This document shows, one piece after another, positions 37,563-50,408 of a stretch of DNA of 64,000 bases. The position numbers were made by a program, and so were the translations under genes. Location of the stretch: NCBI GenBank assembly GCA_041483195.1, contig JBGPFC010000022.1, positions 1 through 64,000 on the forward strand. Direction: 5' to 3'. The notes beneath the pieces were generated by a model. The model worked only from the letters and a program-made list of their open reading frames with translations, had not been told where the DNA came from and searched no databases. The stretch is from Candidatus Eiseniibacteriota bacterium (lineage in GTDB: Bacteria > Eisenbacteria > RBG-16-71-46). Numbering within the stretch: the stretch's first letter is position 1; each line of letters opens with the position of its first letter.

Positions 37563-39329
37563 ATGCCATCGCTCATCGTGCGCGTTCCCGGACAGTCGCC
37601 CATCGAGGTGCCGTTCGACGGCTACGAGCTCAAGATCGGGCGTGCCCCGGACTGCGAGGTCGTGGTGGACGAGCACGAGATCTCGCGAAATCACGCGGTG
37701 ATCACGCGCGACGCGCAGGGGTTCGAGATCGAGGACGCGGGAAGCCGCAACGGCGTGTTCGTGAACGACGAACGGATCGAACGCAAGCGCATCGGCCCGC
37801 GCGACCGCATCCGGCTCGGCTCGAGCGTCGAGCTCGAGCTGCGCGCGCGGGAAGCCGACGAAGACGACGAGGATGAAGAGGCGAAGGCGCCGCGCGGCGG
37901 GGGCCGGAGCGCCGGCCGCGCCGGCCGCGGCGGCGCGGGCCGCGGGTCGCGTCGGGCGCGGGGCGGAGGCGGCGGGCCGTTTCCGTTTCTGCGCGAGGTG
38001 GTGTTCGCGCTGCGCGCCGAGGAGCTGGGGGGGCGCGGCGCGGTCCATGTGCTGCGCTCGCGGGTGACGACCGTCGGCCGCGACAGCTCGGCGGGGCTCC
38101 AGATCGAGGACGACAGCCTGTCGCGGCTCCACGCGCGGCTCGATCGGGACGGCGGCACGCTCACGGTCTCGGATCTCAAGAGCCGCAACGGCGTGAACGT
38201 GAACGGCGAGCCGGTGCTGCGCGCCGCGCTCGAGGCCGGGGACCTGGTCCAGTTCGGCAACGTCGCGTTCGAAGTCGAGCGCGAGGAGCGGCTCGCGTGG
38301 GGCCGCGTGTGGTTCTCGCTGGGGGCGATCGCGGCGCTGGTCGCGGTGGTGTGGGGCGCGATGGCGATCAACGACACGCTGAGCGAGCACTCGGCGATCG
38401 CGGCCGAGAAGGATCGTCTCCACCGCCAGGCGCTCTCCAGCGTCGAGAAGGGCATCGCGGCGTTCCAGCGCGACGAGCCCGACTACGCGCGCGGCTACCT
38501 GCTCTACGCGGCCGACCTGCTGCTCCTCACCGGACTCGCGCCGGCCGGCACATCGATGTCGAAGCCCGAGGAGGTGTTCCGCAACATCGCGCGCGAGCTT
38601 CCGGCCGACGAACGCGGTTTCGATTTCGCGAAGGCGCTGGATCCCACCACGGTCACCGCGGCCCGCACGCGCCTCGAGGGGCTCTCGAACCACGATTACG
38701 TCGAGCGCCAGACCAAGAGCATCGCGATCGAGCTGGGTCTCGACGAGGGCGTTCCGCAGGGATTCATCGACGAGGTGTGGTCGTTCGTCGACCAGTTCAC
38801 GCGTTACCCGGGACAGATCCAGAGCTGGCTCAACCGGTCGCCCCGCATCCATCCCACGCTCAAGATGCTGCTGGCCGACGCGCATCTGCCCGAGGTGTTC
38901 TGCTACGTGGCATGGGTGGAGAGCCAGCTCGATCCCCAGGCGAGGAGCCCGGTGGGGGCGGTGGGGCTGTGGCAGTTCATGGTTCCGACCGGGCGCGACT
39001 ACGGGCTGCGCATCGATCAGGGCGGCGTGGACGAGCGGACCGATCCGGTGCGCTCCACCCAGGCCGCGACCCGCTACATCGGGAGCCTGCTGCGCCGTTT
39101 CGGGCGCGAGCAGTTCATGTGCGCGCTGGCCTCCTACAATCGCGGCCCGGGCGCGGTGTGGCGCGCGATGGAGAAGATCCCGGACCCGATGATGGAGTCG
39201 TCGAAGAAATACTGGTACCTGGTCGAGAACGGCCTGCTCCCGAAGGAAACCAGCGAATACGTGCCCAAGATCTTCGCGGTGCGGATCATCGCCGAGGATC
39301 CGGAGCGCTTCGGGATGCACCGCCCGTGA
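37563..39329 (+). CDS. FHA-FHA-TM-lytic transglycosylase (SLT/MltD-like) fusion
   Basis: Two GR...SRxHA...SRNG FHA domains; TM; WVES, GAVGLWQFM, ASYNRG, ETSEYVPK. Confidence 0.88.
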   Translation: MPSLIVRVPGQSPIEVPFDGYELKIGRAPDCEVVVDEHEISRNHAVITRDAQGFEIEDAGSRNGVFVNDERIERKRIGPRDRIRLGSSVELELRAREADEDDEDEEAKAPRGGGRSAGRAGRGGAGRGSRRARGGGGGPFPFLREVVFALRAEELGGRGAVHVLRSRVTTVGRDSSAGLQIEDDSLSRLHARLDRDGGTLTVSDLKSRNGVNVNGEPVLRAALEAGDLVQFGNVAFEVEREERLAWGRVWFSLGAIAALVAVVWGAMAINDTLSEHSAIAAEKDRLHRQALSSVEKGIAAFQRDEPDYARGYLLYAADLLLLTGLAPAGTSMSKPEEVFRNIARELPADERGFDFAKALDPTTVTAARTRLEGLSNHDYVERQTKSIAIELGLDEGVPQGFIDEVWSFVDQFTRYPGQIQSWLNRSPRIHPTLKMLLADAHLPEVFCYVAWVESQLDPQARSPVGAVGLWQFMVPTGRDYGLRIDQGGVDERTDPVRSTQAATRYIGSLLRRFGREQFMCALASYNRGPGAVWRAMEKIPDPMMESSKKYWYLVENGLLPKETSEYVPKIFAVRIIAEDPERFGMHRP

Positions 39330-40648
39330 GGGCCCGCTGGAACGCGATCCTGATCGCGCTGCCGCTGCTCGCGGCGGCGATCGCGCCGGCGCGGGCGCAG
39401 GAGGGCTCGATCGCCAGCGTCACGCTCGATCGCCTGCGCGTCCGGGGCGGCGGCGAGCACGAGGCATGGGTCTCGGTGCTCGACGCGAGCGGCCGTCCGA
39501 TCGCGGGGGTGGACTCGCGCGCGTTCTCGGTGACCCTCGACCATCGCCTCATCACGGGGCTCGAGGTCGCGCCATTCGATCTGCGCGTGCCCGCCCTGGA
39601 GCTCACGGTGCTGATCGACGCCGACCTGCTGCGGGAGCCGGCGCTCGACGCTGCGCGCGAGTTGATCGGCGAGCTGGCCCGCGGCGCCGGCCCGCACGAC
39701 GGGCTGCGCGTCGTGAGCAACGCCGCGCGCTCGCGCACGCTCGAGTTCCCGGTGTCGCGCGCCGCGGAGATGGGCGATCGGCTCGGCGAGCTCGCGGCCC
39801 CGGAGCCGGGCGCGCGGCTCTACGACGCGCTGTTCGACGCCGTGCGCGCGGCTTCACGCGAAGGCGGATCGCACGGCGGCGCGGTGCTGCTGGTCACGCG
39901 CGGCGGCGAGAGTGGAAGCCACCGCGGAGTGCCAGACGTGCTCGCGGTGTCGTCCGCCCGTTCCAGCGACGTGCCGATCGTGATCGTGCTGCTCGACGAG
40001 GGCTCGGGAAGCGCGGAGAGCGAGCGGCTGTCGCGGCTTGCCGCGAGGTCCGGCGGGGGATTCGTGCGCGTGGATTCGCCCGCCCGGATCACCGATGCCG
40101 CCCGCCGCATGGTGCAAAGGCTCCGCGGCGCGTACCATGTCGCATTCCGCGACCCGCGCTGGGACGCCCGCGAAGACCATCACGCGCTGCAGGTCACGGT
40201 CGAGCGCAATGGCGCGAAGCGGTGGGTCTCGCGGGACTACGACACCGCCGACGTGCTGGGCGCGGCCTGGTGGCAGGGCCCGCTGCCGTGGGTGGTGCTG
40301 GTGGTGCTGGTGGTGGTGGGGGTGGGCGCCATGCTCACGCTCACGCGGCGCAGGCTGTGCCGGCTGGTGATCGAAGCCGGGGAAGAACGCGGTTGCAGCT
40401 TCGAGTTGTTCGCCCTGCCGGTGACGGTCGGCGCGGCGATCGGGAACGACCTGATGTTTGCCGAAGCCAGGGTCTCCCGCAATCATGCCGTGTTCGAACG
40501 CCGCGGATCAGGCATTGATTTGGTCGACCTCAATTCGGAGAATGGGACGTTCGTGAACGGAGAGCGGGTCACGCGGCGCCGGCTGGAGCACGGCGACCGC
40601 ATCAGCGTGGGTGGTGCGGTCGATCTGACCTACGAGCGACGCCGGTGA
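39326..40648 (+). CDS. Signal peptide, VWA-like, TM, FHA protein
   Basis: VSVLDASGRPIAG, LYDALFDA, LLVTRG VWA-like features; TM; VSRNHA...SENGTFVNG. Confidence 0.78.
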   Translation: MRARWNAILIALPLLAAAIAPARAQEGSIASVTLDRLRVRGGGEHEAWVSVLDASGRPIAGVDSRAFSVTLDHRLITGLEVAPFDLRVPALELTVLIDADLLREPALDAARELIGELARGAGPHDGLRVVSNAARSRTLEFPVSRAAEMGDRLGELAAPEPGARLYDALFDAVRAASREGGSHGGAVLLVTRGGESGSHRGVPDVLAVSSARSSDVPIVIVLLDEGSGSAESERLSRLAARSGGGFVRVDSPARITDAARRMVQRLRGAYHVAFRDPRWDAREDHHALQVTVERNGAKRWVSRDYDTADVLGAAWWQGPLPWVVLVVLVVVGVGAMLTLTRRRLCRLVIEAGEERGCSFELFALPVTVGAAIGNDLMFAEARVSRNHAVFERRGSGIDLVDLNSENGTFVNGERVTRRRLEHGDRISVGGAVDLTYERRR

Positions 40649-40664
40649 GGGCGAGGGAGCGAGC

Positions 40665-41713
40665 ATGACGGTCGTAGTCAGGGCGGCGACGGATCTGGGG
40701 CTCAAGCGCACGCAGAACGAGGACAGCCACGGCTCCTGGATTCCCGGCGAGGGCGAGGAGCGCGCGCGGCGTGGCGTGCTGCTCGTGATCTGCGACGGCA
40801 TGGGCGGCTCGAAGGCGGGCGAGGTCGCGAGCAAGCTCGCGGTCCAGACCGTGCTGCGCTGCTATCGCGAGGCCGCCGGCGAAGACCCGCTCGAAGACCT
40901 CTACCGCGCGGTCGAGACCGCGAACCAGCTCGTGCACCACGAGAGCTCGACCAATCCCGACCTGTCCGGCATGGGCACCACCTGCACGGCGATCGTGGTG
41001 CGCGAGCGCGACGCGTTCATCGCGCACGTGGGCGACAGCCGCGCCTACCTGGTGCACAACGGCCGCATCCGCCAGCTCACGCGGGACCATTCGCTGGTCG
41101 CGCAGCTGGTGCGCGACGGGCAGCTCACGCCCGACCAGGCGCGGGTCGACCCGCGGCGCAACATGGTGACGCGCAGCGTGGGGGTGAGCGCCCAGGTCGA
41201 GATCGACGCCGACCACGAGCCCGGGCTGCTGGTCCCCGGCGACACGCTTCTGATGTGCACAGACGGGCTGCACGGCCAGGTCGTCGACGAAGAGCTCAAG
41301 ACCGCAGCGAGTTCGAACGATCTCGACCAGGGCTGCCGCGATGCGATTGCGCTCGCGAACCAGCGCGGGGGACCCGACAACATCACCGTGATCATGGCGC
41401 GCCTCCACGAGGACGGCGACATGCGGGCGGCGGGCAGTGGGTCCCGCCGCGCGCGCGAGGACGACGACGATGACGACGACGACGACGATCCGCCGGTCGC
41501 GCGCGACGGGACGCGCGAAGACCCGCCGCGGCCGTACGCGTTGCGTGCCGAGAGCCGGCGGTCGAGCTCGAAGATGCTGATGTGGCTGATCGTCGCGCTC
41601 GCCGTTTTGCTGATCGCGGTGGCCGCAATGGCGCTCATCGTTCGCCGCATGGGGCAGGAGACCAAGGGGCTGGGCACGACGCGATCGTCCCCCGCTCGGG
41701 AGGCACGCGTCGC

Positions 41714-41723
<10 letters not shown>
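40665..41723 (+). CDS. PP2C-type Ser/Thr phosphatase with C-terminal TM
   Basis: RTQNED, CDGMGG, GMGTT, HVGDSRAY, CTDGL, GGPDNIT. Confidence 0.94.
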
Positions 41724-43906
<2,183 letters not shown>

Positions 43907-44135
43907 CCCGCGCGTCTCGTGCGGGGCCCGGCTCGACGCGCGACGCGGCGCGCGCCCCGGAACGCCCTCGCCATCGGCATGGGAGCGATTCACGGCCGCC
44001 CGGGGCTGGATGCATTCCGTTCTGGACTTCCGCTCTCAAAGGAACGATTCTCTCGACGCTTTTTGGGCCAGGCGCATCGCGCCGTGCATCGCTCCGATTC
44101 AAGCCCGAATCCAGGTCTCTGGCAGGAGGTGCTCG

Positions 44136-44852
44136 ATGAAGCAACGTCCCGCCCGGTGGCGGACGGTCGTCACTGCGGTCACGCTGTTCTCCCAACTCGC
44201 CGTGACGCTCACTCCCGCGATCTCGTTCGCTCAGGGCGAGAAGCCCTCGGTGCAGCGCGGGCAGGAGTATTACGAGCAGTCGCGCTTCGACGAGGCGATC
44301 TCGCTGCTGAAGGACCTCGTCGACCGGGGACTCCTGAGCGGTGAAGATCTGCAGAAGGCGCGCGAGTTGCTGGCACGCTCGTACGTGAAGAAGGGCTATC
44401 CGGTGCAGGCGAAGGAGATGTTCAAGGCGATCCTGCACACCACGCCCGACTGGCGGCCGGACCCGATCCGCGTGCCTCCCGACGAGACCGCGGTGTTCGA
44501 TCAGGCGCTGAAGGAGTATCAGGCGGAGCAGGCGATGACGCCCTCGGCTCCGGGGGCGACGCCGACTCCCGTCACGCCGACCCCGGCTCCCACGACCCCG
44601 ACCACGACGCCGGCCGCGCCGCCGCCCGTCGTCGCCAAGCCGGCGCCGAGCAAGCCCGCGCCGAGCAAACCGGTCGCGGTGATCCCGATGGAGAGCGGCA
44701 AGAAATCGAGCAAGACGCTGTGGTACGTGATCGGCGGAGTCGTGGTGGTTGGCGCGATCGCGGCCGCGGCCGGAGGCGGTGGAGGTGGAGGCAGCACGCC
44801 GCCGCCGCCGCCGCCCGCGCTCGCAGGATTCCCGCCGCCGCCGGTGCCGTAA
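44136..44852 (+). CDS. Secreted TPR protein with Pro-rich linker and C-terminal hydrophobic/Gly/Pro tail
   Basis: AGGAGG RBS; signal peptide; GQEYYEQSRFDEAI; WYVIGGVVVVGAIAAAAGGGGGG...FPPPPVP. Confidence 0.72.
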   Translation: MKQRPARWRTVVTAVTLFSQLAVTLTPAISFAQGEKPSVQRGQEYYEQSRFDEAISLLKDLVDRGLLSGEDLQKARELLARSYVKKGYPVQAKEMFKAILHTTPDWRPDPIRVPPDETAVFDQALKEYQAEQAMTPSAPGATPTPVTPTPAPTTPTTTPAAPPPVVAKPAPSKPAPSKPVAVIPMESGKKSSKTLWYVIGGVVVVGAIAAAAGGGGGGGSTPPPPPPALAGFPPPPVP

Positions 44853-44921
44853 CGCCGCGCGCGGATCGAACTCGCAGGACTTCTTCGAACGACGACTCGG
44901 ACTAGATCAATGGAGGCTCCG

Positions 44922-45905
44922 ATGATGCGCAAGGTTTCTGTGTGGTTCACCACCGCGGCACTCACGCTGGGGCTGTGCTCCGCCGCGATGGCCGCGGTGC
45001 CCTCTGTGATTCCCTACCAGGGCCGTCTCACCGACGCGGCCGGCACGCCGATCAGCGGCAACCAGAGCATCGTGTTCTCGCTGTTCACGACACTCACGGG
45101 CGGCGTCGCCGTGCACACCGAAACCCAGGCGACGGTGGCGGTCGCGAACGGTCTGTTCAGCGTGGATATCAGTCCGCCGGCCAGCGTCTTCACCGGCGGC
45201 CCCCTTTTCCTCGAGATCAAGGTGGGCGCGGATCCCGCGATGGTGCCGCGCCAGCCCCTGGGCTCGGTGGCATACGCTCAGCGGGCAGGGACTGCGGACG
45301 CGATCCCCGATGGCTCGGTGACGACGCTAAAGCTTGCCGATGCCTCGGCGACCACGGCGAAGCTCGCCGACGGCTCGGTGACGACGATAAAGATCCCTGA
45401 TGCCTCGGTGACGAAGCCGAAACTCGCGCCCGGTCTCGTGCCGGCGATGGCGAACGCGTCCGTGGGATTCATTGGCGGCGTCGTCGGGCTCTCGAATCTC
45501 ACCTCGGTCGCGGTGACGTTTCCCGCTGCGGGCTTCGCCGTGGTGATCGGTACCATCGAATCCAGCGTCTCCGTCCCCCCCGGAGGGACCAACTGCTACG
45601 GGCTCGAGATCAGCGACGTCTCGGGAGCTTCGCAGGGGATCGAGGCTTTCCAATGCGTCCACAACACCAACGCCGGCGTCACGAAATTCTACGAGGGCAA
45701 CGCGTTTACGACGCGGGTGTTCTCGGTGGCGGCGGGCGCCAAGTCGTTCTTTCTCATCGGCAATCAGCAGTCCGGGTCGTGGAGCCTCTTCATCCGGAAG
45801 CTCACCGTCATGTACTTCCCGGACGCGATCGGCCCGACGAGCCTCGTCACCGAGCCGCAGCCGGGTCCTTCCACCGCCCATCGCGTGGGCAACACCATTC
45901 AGTAG
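44922..45905 (+). CDS. Secreted fibre-like protein with decapeptide repeats
   Basis: Signal peptide; IPYQGRLTDAAG...NGLFSV...PRQPLGSVAYA domain; 4x DxSxTxxKxx. Confidence 0.7.
   Translation: MMRKVSVWFTTAALTLGLCSAAMAAVPSVIPYQGRLTDAAGTPISGNQSIVFSLFTTLTGGVAVHTETQATVAVANGLFSVDISPPASVFTGGPLFLEIKVGADPAMVPRQPLGSVAYAQRAGTADAIPDGSVTTLKLADASATTAKLADGSVTTIKIPDASVTKPKLAPGLVPAMANASVGFIGGVVGLSNLTSVAVTFPAAGFAVVIGTIESSVSVPPGGTNCYGLEISDVSGASQGIEAFQCVHNTNAGVTKFYEGNAFTTRVFSVAAGAKSFFLIGNQQSGSWSLFIRKLTVMYFPDAIGPTSLVTEPQPGPSTAHRVGNTIQ
45309..45428 (+). repeat. Four 30-bp coding tandem repeats
   Basis: DGSVTTLKLA/DASATTAKLA/DGSVTTIKIP/DASVTKPKLA. Confidence 0.85.
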
Positions 45906-45977
45906 CGAGCGCTGGTATCAGCGGCACCGCGCATTCCGGCGCCGGCGGGTCCGGCACTCGACCAACGGGAGGAACCC

Positions 45978-47606
45978 ATGCGGATGATGCGAATCGCGCG
46001 AAGCGCCAGTTGGAGCGTGCCGCTGCTGATCGCGGCGGCCGTGTCCAGCGCGTTCGCGCAGAGCAGCACCAACTTCAAGCTCGCGCCGGGGGTTTTCGGC
46101 GCGGGCACCAGCATCAGTTCGACGAACTTTAAGCTCAACAACGATGTCGGAGGCGCTCGCGGTCGCGCACGCGCTTCGAGCGCGAATTTCGACGCGATCG
46201 GTGGCTTCGTCGGCGGCGCGTTCTCGCCGGTGGCGACCGTGACCGTCCCCACGCTCGCGAGCCCCAACTTCGCGTCGATCGCGTTCGGGGTGAACGCGAG
46301 CAACAACGCCGTGGGCGCCGTGCTCTCCGAGTTCGGGGCGTACGACAACACGCTCTGGCGTCTCGGGCATTTCTCGCCGGCGGACTCCGCATACATGGAG
46401 CCGGGCGCCGGGACCGGCCGCTCGGGGGGATCGCTTAATCTCACGACCATCGCCCCGGGACAGGGCTACTGGCTCACGACCAAGGCCGCCACCACCGCGA
46501 ACGACGCGGGGCTGCCCGCGCCGGCTACGGAGTTCTCGATTCCGCTCTTGGGCACGAACTTCCCGGCTCTCTCGGTCGCACGTCCGGCCTGGAACCAGAT
46601 CGGCAACCCGTTCCTGTTCCCGGTGCCGGCGAATGCGCTGAAGGTCACCGACGGGACCATCCCCAACACGTTCTTCCTGACGAGCATCCTCAACACGCTC
46701 ACCGACCAGACCGTGAAGGGGTGGACCGGGACAGCTTACGCGGACGTCACGGTGCTGAACGGCCGAACCGCATACTGGGTGCACAAGAAGGTTCCGGGAA
46801 CGGTGACGCTGATCATCCCGTACATCTCGAGCGCGACCGGCATCCCGGAGCCCGCCCTCGCGAAGCCGGCAGGCGCGGACTGGGCGGTGGCGATCACGGC
46901 CCATCAGGGCGAGCGCGAGTGCGAGCCGATGATGGTGGGCGCGACCTCTTTGGCGGCGGGACCCGAGAGCCCGCTCAACGCATCGCGCGCGCCAGCGCCG
47001 CCGGTTGGAAACTACCTGAGCCTGCACATGCCCAGGACCGACTGGGGCTATTGGAACGGCGACTACGTCCACGAGTTCAAGGCTCAGTCCAGTGACATGA
47101 GCTGGGACTTCCTCGCGAGCGGGGGAGAGGCGCCGGGCGAGATGGCGTTCGATTTCGCGGGCTTCGACGTGCCGTCGGGCACGAGGCTTTGGCTCACGGA
47201 CCTCGGGACCGGGACGACGCGCGCGGTGGTGCCGGGCGAGACGGTGACGATGGCCGCGACCGCGGCGCCGCGGCAGTTGCGGCTCCAAGCCGTGGCCTCC
47301 GGCGCGAGCGGACCGCAGGCGACGATCAAGGCCGACGGGTTCCGCATGGCCTATCCAAATCCGTTCGGAGCGACCACCGGGCTGGCGTTCGCGCTCGCGC
47401 GCGGCGGCGACCTCAAGGTCGAGATCTACGACGTGATGGGCCGGCGGGTGCGCGATCTGAGCCGGCCGGGCGCGGGCCCGGGCGAGCACGTGCTGGTGTG
47501 GGACGGGCGCGACGCGGACGGCCGGTCGGTCGCGAACGGGATCTACTTCGCGCGCTATCACGCTGGCGAGGCCGCTGGCGTGCGCAGGCTGGTGCGAGTC
47601 GAATAA
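45978..47606 (+). CDS. Secreted protein with FlgD Ig-like/T9SS-like C-terminal domain
   Basis: Signal peptide; SSTNFKL x2; WNQIGNPF; YPNPF...IYDVMGRRVR...WDGRDADG...GIYF. Confidence 0.82.
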   Translation: MRMMRIARSASWSVPLLIAAAVSSAFAQSSTNFKLAPGVFGAGTSISSTNFKLNNDVGGARGRARASSANFDAIGGFVGGAFSPVATVTVPTLASPNFASIAFGVNASNNAVGAVLSEFGAYDNTLWRLGHFSPADSAYMEPGAGTGRSGGSLNLTTIAPGQGYWLTTKAATTANDAGLPAPATEFSIPLLGTNFPALSVARPAWNQIGNPFLFPVPANALKVTDGTIPNTFFLTSILNTLTDQTVKGWTGTAYADVTVLNGRTAYWVHKKVPGTVTLIIPYISSATGIPEPALAKPAGADWAVAITAHQGERECEPMMVGATSLAAGPESPLNASRAPAPPVGNYLSLHMPRTDWGYWNGDYVHEFKAQSSDMSWDFLASGGEAPGEMAFDFAGFDVPSGTRLWLTDLGTGTTRAVVPGETVTMAATAAPRQLRLQAVASGASGPQATIKADGFRMAYPNPFGATTGLAFALARGGDLKVEIYDVMGRRVRDLSRPGAGPGEHVLVWDGRDADGRSVANGIYFARYHAGEAAGVRRLVRVE

Positions 47607-47639
47607 TCGGCGCGGGACTCCACCGCGCGGGCAGTGACG

Positions 47640-47671
47640 CCGGGGTTCGCCGCGATCGCGGCGGACCCCGG
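47640..47671. terminator. 14-bp GC-rich hairpin between genes (weak U tract)
   Basis: CCGGGGTTCGCCGC-GATC-GCGGCGGACCCCGG. Confidence 0.45.
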
Positions 47672-47810
47672 TTCAATTGCGCTCGGCGCCGGGCCGCGTT
47701 AGCCTCATGTTGTTGTGCCCTGTGCGGCAGGACCCCGGGCCAAGCCGGCCCGTCACGACGGCCGCCGTGGCCGCCGGCCCCCCACATTCGAAAGTGATCC
47801 TCTCCGGTCC

Positions 47811-50312
47811 GTGAAGAACGAATTCGGCGCATACGAGCTTCGCAAGCAGATCGGCAAGGGCGGCATGGCGTGGGTGTACCTCGCCGTGCAGAAGGCCCTC
47901 GACCGCCCGGTCGCGATCAAGATCCTGTTTCCCCATCTCGCTGAAGACGAGAGCCTGGTCGCCCGCTTCCAGCTCGAGGCGCGAGCCGCTGCCCGCATGA
48001 AGCACGAGAACATCGTGCAGGTCATCGACTACGGAAAGTTCGAGGACCAGCCCTACATCGCGATGGAGTACATCGAGGGGCTGAACCTGCGCGAGTGGCA
48101 TGACAAGCACGGCACGCCGCCGATCGAGGTCGCGCTCGTGATGTTGCGCGACCTCTCGCGCGGCCTCGAGCACGCGCACGGCCGCGAGATCGTTCACCGC
48201 GACATCAAGCCGTCGAACATCATGTTCACGCCAGACGGCACGATCAAGCTGATGGACTTCGGCCTCGCGCGCCGCGTCGAGGACCACACGGTCATGACCG
48301 TCGCGGGCGCGGTGCTGGGCACCGTCCCCTACATGTCCCCCGAGCAATCGAACGGGCAGCGCGTCGAGCAGCCCTCCGACATCTTCTCGCTGGGCGTGGT
48401 GTTCTACGAGCTGCTGGGCGGCGAGCGCCCGTTCGTGGGCGAGACCCAGTCCGCGATCACCGCGGCGATCCTGCACGGCGAGCCGCGTCCGCTCACCAAT
48501 TTGAACCCGCTCGTGCCCGAGAGCATGACCGCGACCATCAAGCACATGCTGGAGAAGGACGCCCACCAGCGATGCCAGAGCATCTCCGAGGTGCGGCAGG
48601 CGCTCGATAGGATCCTGGTCGAGATGGGGATCTTCCAGGACCGGGTGCTGCTCGCGGATTACGCCCAGGCTCCGGATCGGGTGAGCGAGGATCTCAGGCG
48701 CAAGCGCCTCGCGACCTGCCTCGAGCGCGGCGCTGCGCTCGAGCTCGATGGGCCGCAGGCGATCGATCGCGCATTGCGCGAGTACGAGGGCGCGCTCCAT
48801 CTCGACCCCGGGAGCAAGGTGGCGAAGGACGGCCTGCGGCGCCTGAAGCAGGCGCAGGCGCAAATCTCCGCCGCCGCGCCGCCGCCCGCGTCCATGGAGG
48901 ACTCCGGCTCCGATCGCACGATGGTGATGCCGCCCGGGGGAGTGCCGCACGCGCCCGCGGCCCCGCCGCCCGTCGCGCCGAAGCCCGAGGCGCCGAAGCC
49001 CGAAGCGCAGAAGCCCGCCTCCGGCGGGCTGGCCGCGATGCACCAGCAGCGCCCCGTGAAGCCCGCCCCGCCCGCGCCCGATGCCGTGAAGCCGGTCGCT
49101 CCGCCGCCGCCGCGCCCCGCGCCCGCGCAGAGGCCCGCGCCAGCTCCGAAGCCCGCGCCGGCTCCCACGCCCAGGCCCGCACCGCGACCCGCGAAAGCCG
49201 CCGCGCCGGCCAACACGCGCACGCTGATCTTCGTGGCGGCGGGCCTGATCGCGGTCATCGTCATCGTCGCGATCGTCATGCTGATCTCCGGTGGAAAGAA
49301 GCGCGGCCCGCAAACCGGAGCGGAATCGGCGCAGGCGCCGATCGTCGCGCCGATGCCCGCGGCGCCCGAGAGCACGATCGCATCGGCTCAGGCGGGCGAG
49401 CCCACCGGCGCGACGCTCAAGATCGTCACCGATCCGCCCGCCGCGAGCGTCTCGCTCGATGGCGGCGCGTCACAGCCATCTCCCGCGATGTTCGTCGGAA
49501 CGGATGCGGGGCCGCACAAGGTGAAGGTGGAGCTTCCGGGTTTCCTGACGGCCGAGCGCAGGGTCGCGATCGCGGCGGGCCGCGACACGTCGCTTCGGAT
49601 CCGGCTCAAGACCGATCAGACCCAGACGGCGGCCGGCGCGGCCCAGAAGCCGCACTATATCGTCGTCGAGACCGAGCCCGCCGGCGCGTCGGTGGGTCTC
49701 GACGAGCGCCCGATGCAGCCCTCACCCGCGCGCTTCGCGGGCGTTGGCGAGGGGCGTCACGTGCTGCGCGTCACCATGGCGGGATTCGCGCCGCACGAGG
49801 CGCCCTTCGTGTTTTCGGGGCGGCAGGACTCCACGCTCAAGATCGCGCTCGCTCCCAGCGCGACGGCGGCCCCCGCGGGCGGGTTCCTCTCGCTGAAGGC
49901 GGTGCCGTCGGGCGACTTCTATGTGGACGGAGTGCTGAGGGTGACCAACCGGGACACCGCGTTCCTCGCCGTGTCTCCCGGAACGCACAAGATCCAGATC
50001 CGCAGGGCGAACTTCCGCGCCTTTCAGAACGATGTCCGCGTCATGCCCGGAATGGTGAAGGCCCTGTGGGCGGTGTTCGAGGAGAACATCGGCTATCTCC
50101 GGATCACCACGGCGGACGGCTTACCGGGCGTCGTGATCCTGGGCGGGGACACGCGGCTGCCCGCGCCGGCGCCCAACGTCTATCCGCTCAAGCCGGGCAC
50201 CTACTACGTCCGCCTGGCGCGCGAGGGATACACGACGGTCGAGAACGTCGTGCAGAAGAAGATCTCGGCCCATGACACGACCACGATCAATTTCACGTGG
50301 AAGAAGCTGTAG
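47811..50312 (+). CDS. Second membrane Ser/Thr kinase (kinase-TPR-TM-PEGA)
   Basis: GKGGMA, HRDIKPSN, DFGLA, GTVPYMSPEQ; several PEGA-like repeats. Confidence 0.94.
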   Translation: MKNEFGAYELRKQIGKGGMAWVYLAVQKALDRPVAIKILFPHLAEDESLVARFQLEARAAARMKHENIVQVIDYGKFEDQPYIAMEYIEGLNLREWHDKHGTPPIEVALVMLRDLSRGLEHAHGREIVHRDIKPSNIMFTPDGTIKLMDFGLARRVEDHTVMTVAGAVLGTVPYMSPEQSNGQRVEQPSDIFSLGVVFYELLGGERPFVGETQSAITAAILHGEPRPLTNLNPLVPESMTATIKHMLEKDAHQRCQSISEVRQALDRILVEMGIFQDRVLLADYAQAPDRVSEDLRRKRLATCLERGAALELDGPQAIDRALREYEGALHLDPGSKVAKDGLRRLKQAQAQISAAAPPPASMEDSGSDRTMVMPPGGVPHAPAAPPPVAPKPEAPKPEAQKPASGGLAAMHQQRPVKPAPPAPDAVKPVAPPPPRPAPAQRPAPAPKPAPAPTPRPAPRPAKAAAPANTRTLIFVAAGLIAVIVIVAIVMLISGGKKRGPQTGAESAQAPIVAPMPAAPESTIASAQAGEPTGATLKIVTDPPAASVSLDGGASQPSPAMFVGTDAGPHKVKVELPGFLTAERRVAIAAGRDTSLRIRLKTDQTQTAAGAAQKPHYIVVETEPAGASVGLDERPMQPSPARFAGVGEGRHVLRVTMAGFAPHEAPFVFSGRQDSTLKIALAPSATAAPAGGFLSLKAVPSGDFYVDGVLRVTNRDTAFLAVSPGTHKIQIRRANFRAFQNDVRVMPGMVKALWAVFEENIGYLRITTADGLPGVVILGGDTRLPAPAPNVYPLKPGTYYVRLAREGYTTVENVVQKKISAHDTTTINFTWKKL

Positions 50313-50370
50313 GTCTCGAGCGCGCGCGGACGCGCGGGGGACCCGCGCCAACCGCGCGCCGCGTCGCCTC

Positions 50371-50400
50371 TTGACGGCAACCGCCTCCGCCGCCTAGTGT
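50371..50400 (+). promoter_or_regulatory. Possible sigma70-type promoter for tssJKLM
   Basis: TTGACG-N18-TAGTGT. Confidence 0.5.
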
Positions 50401-50408
50401 GCCCGGCT

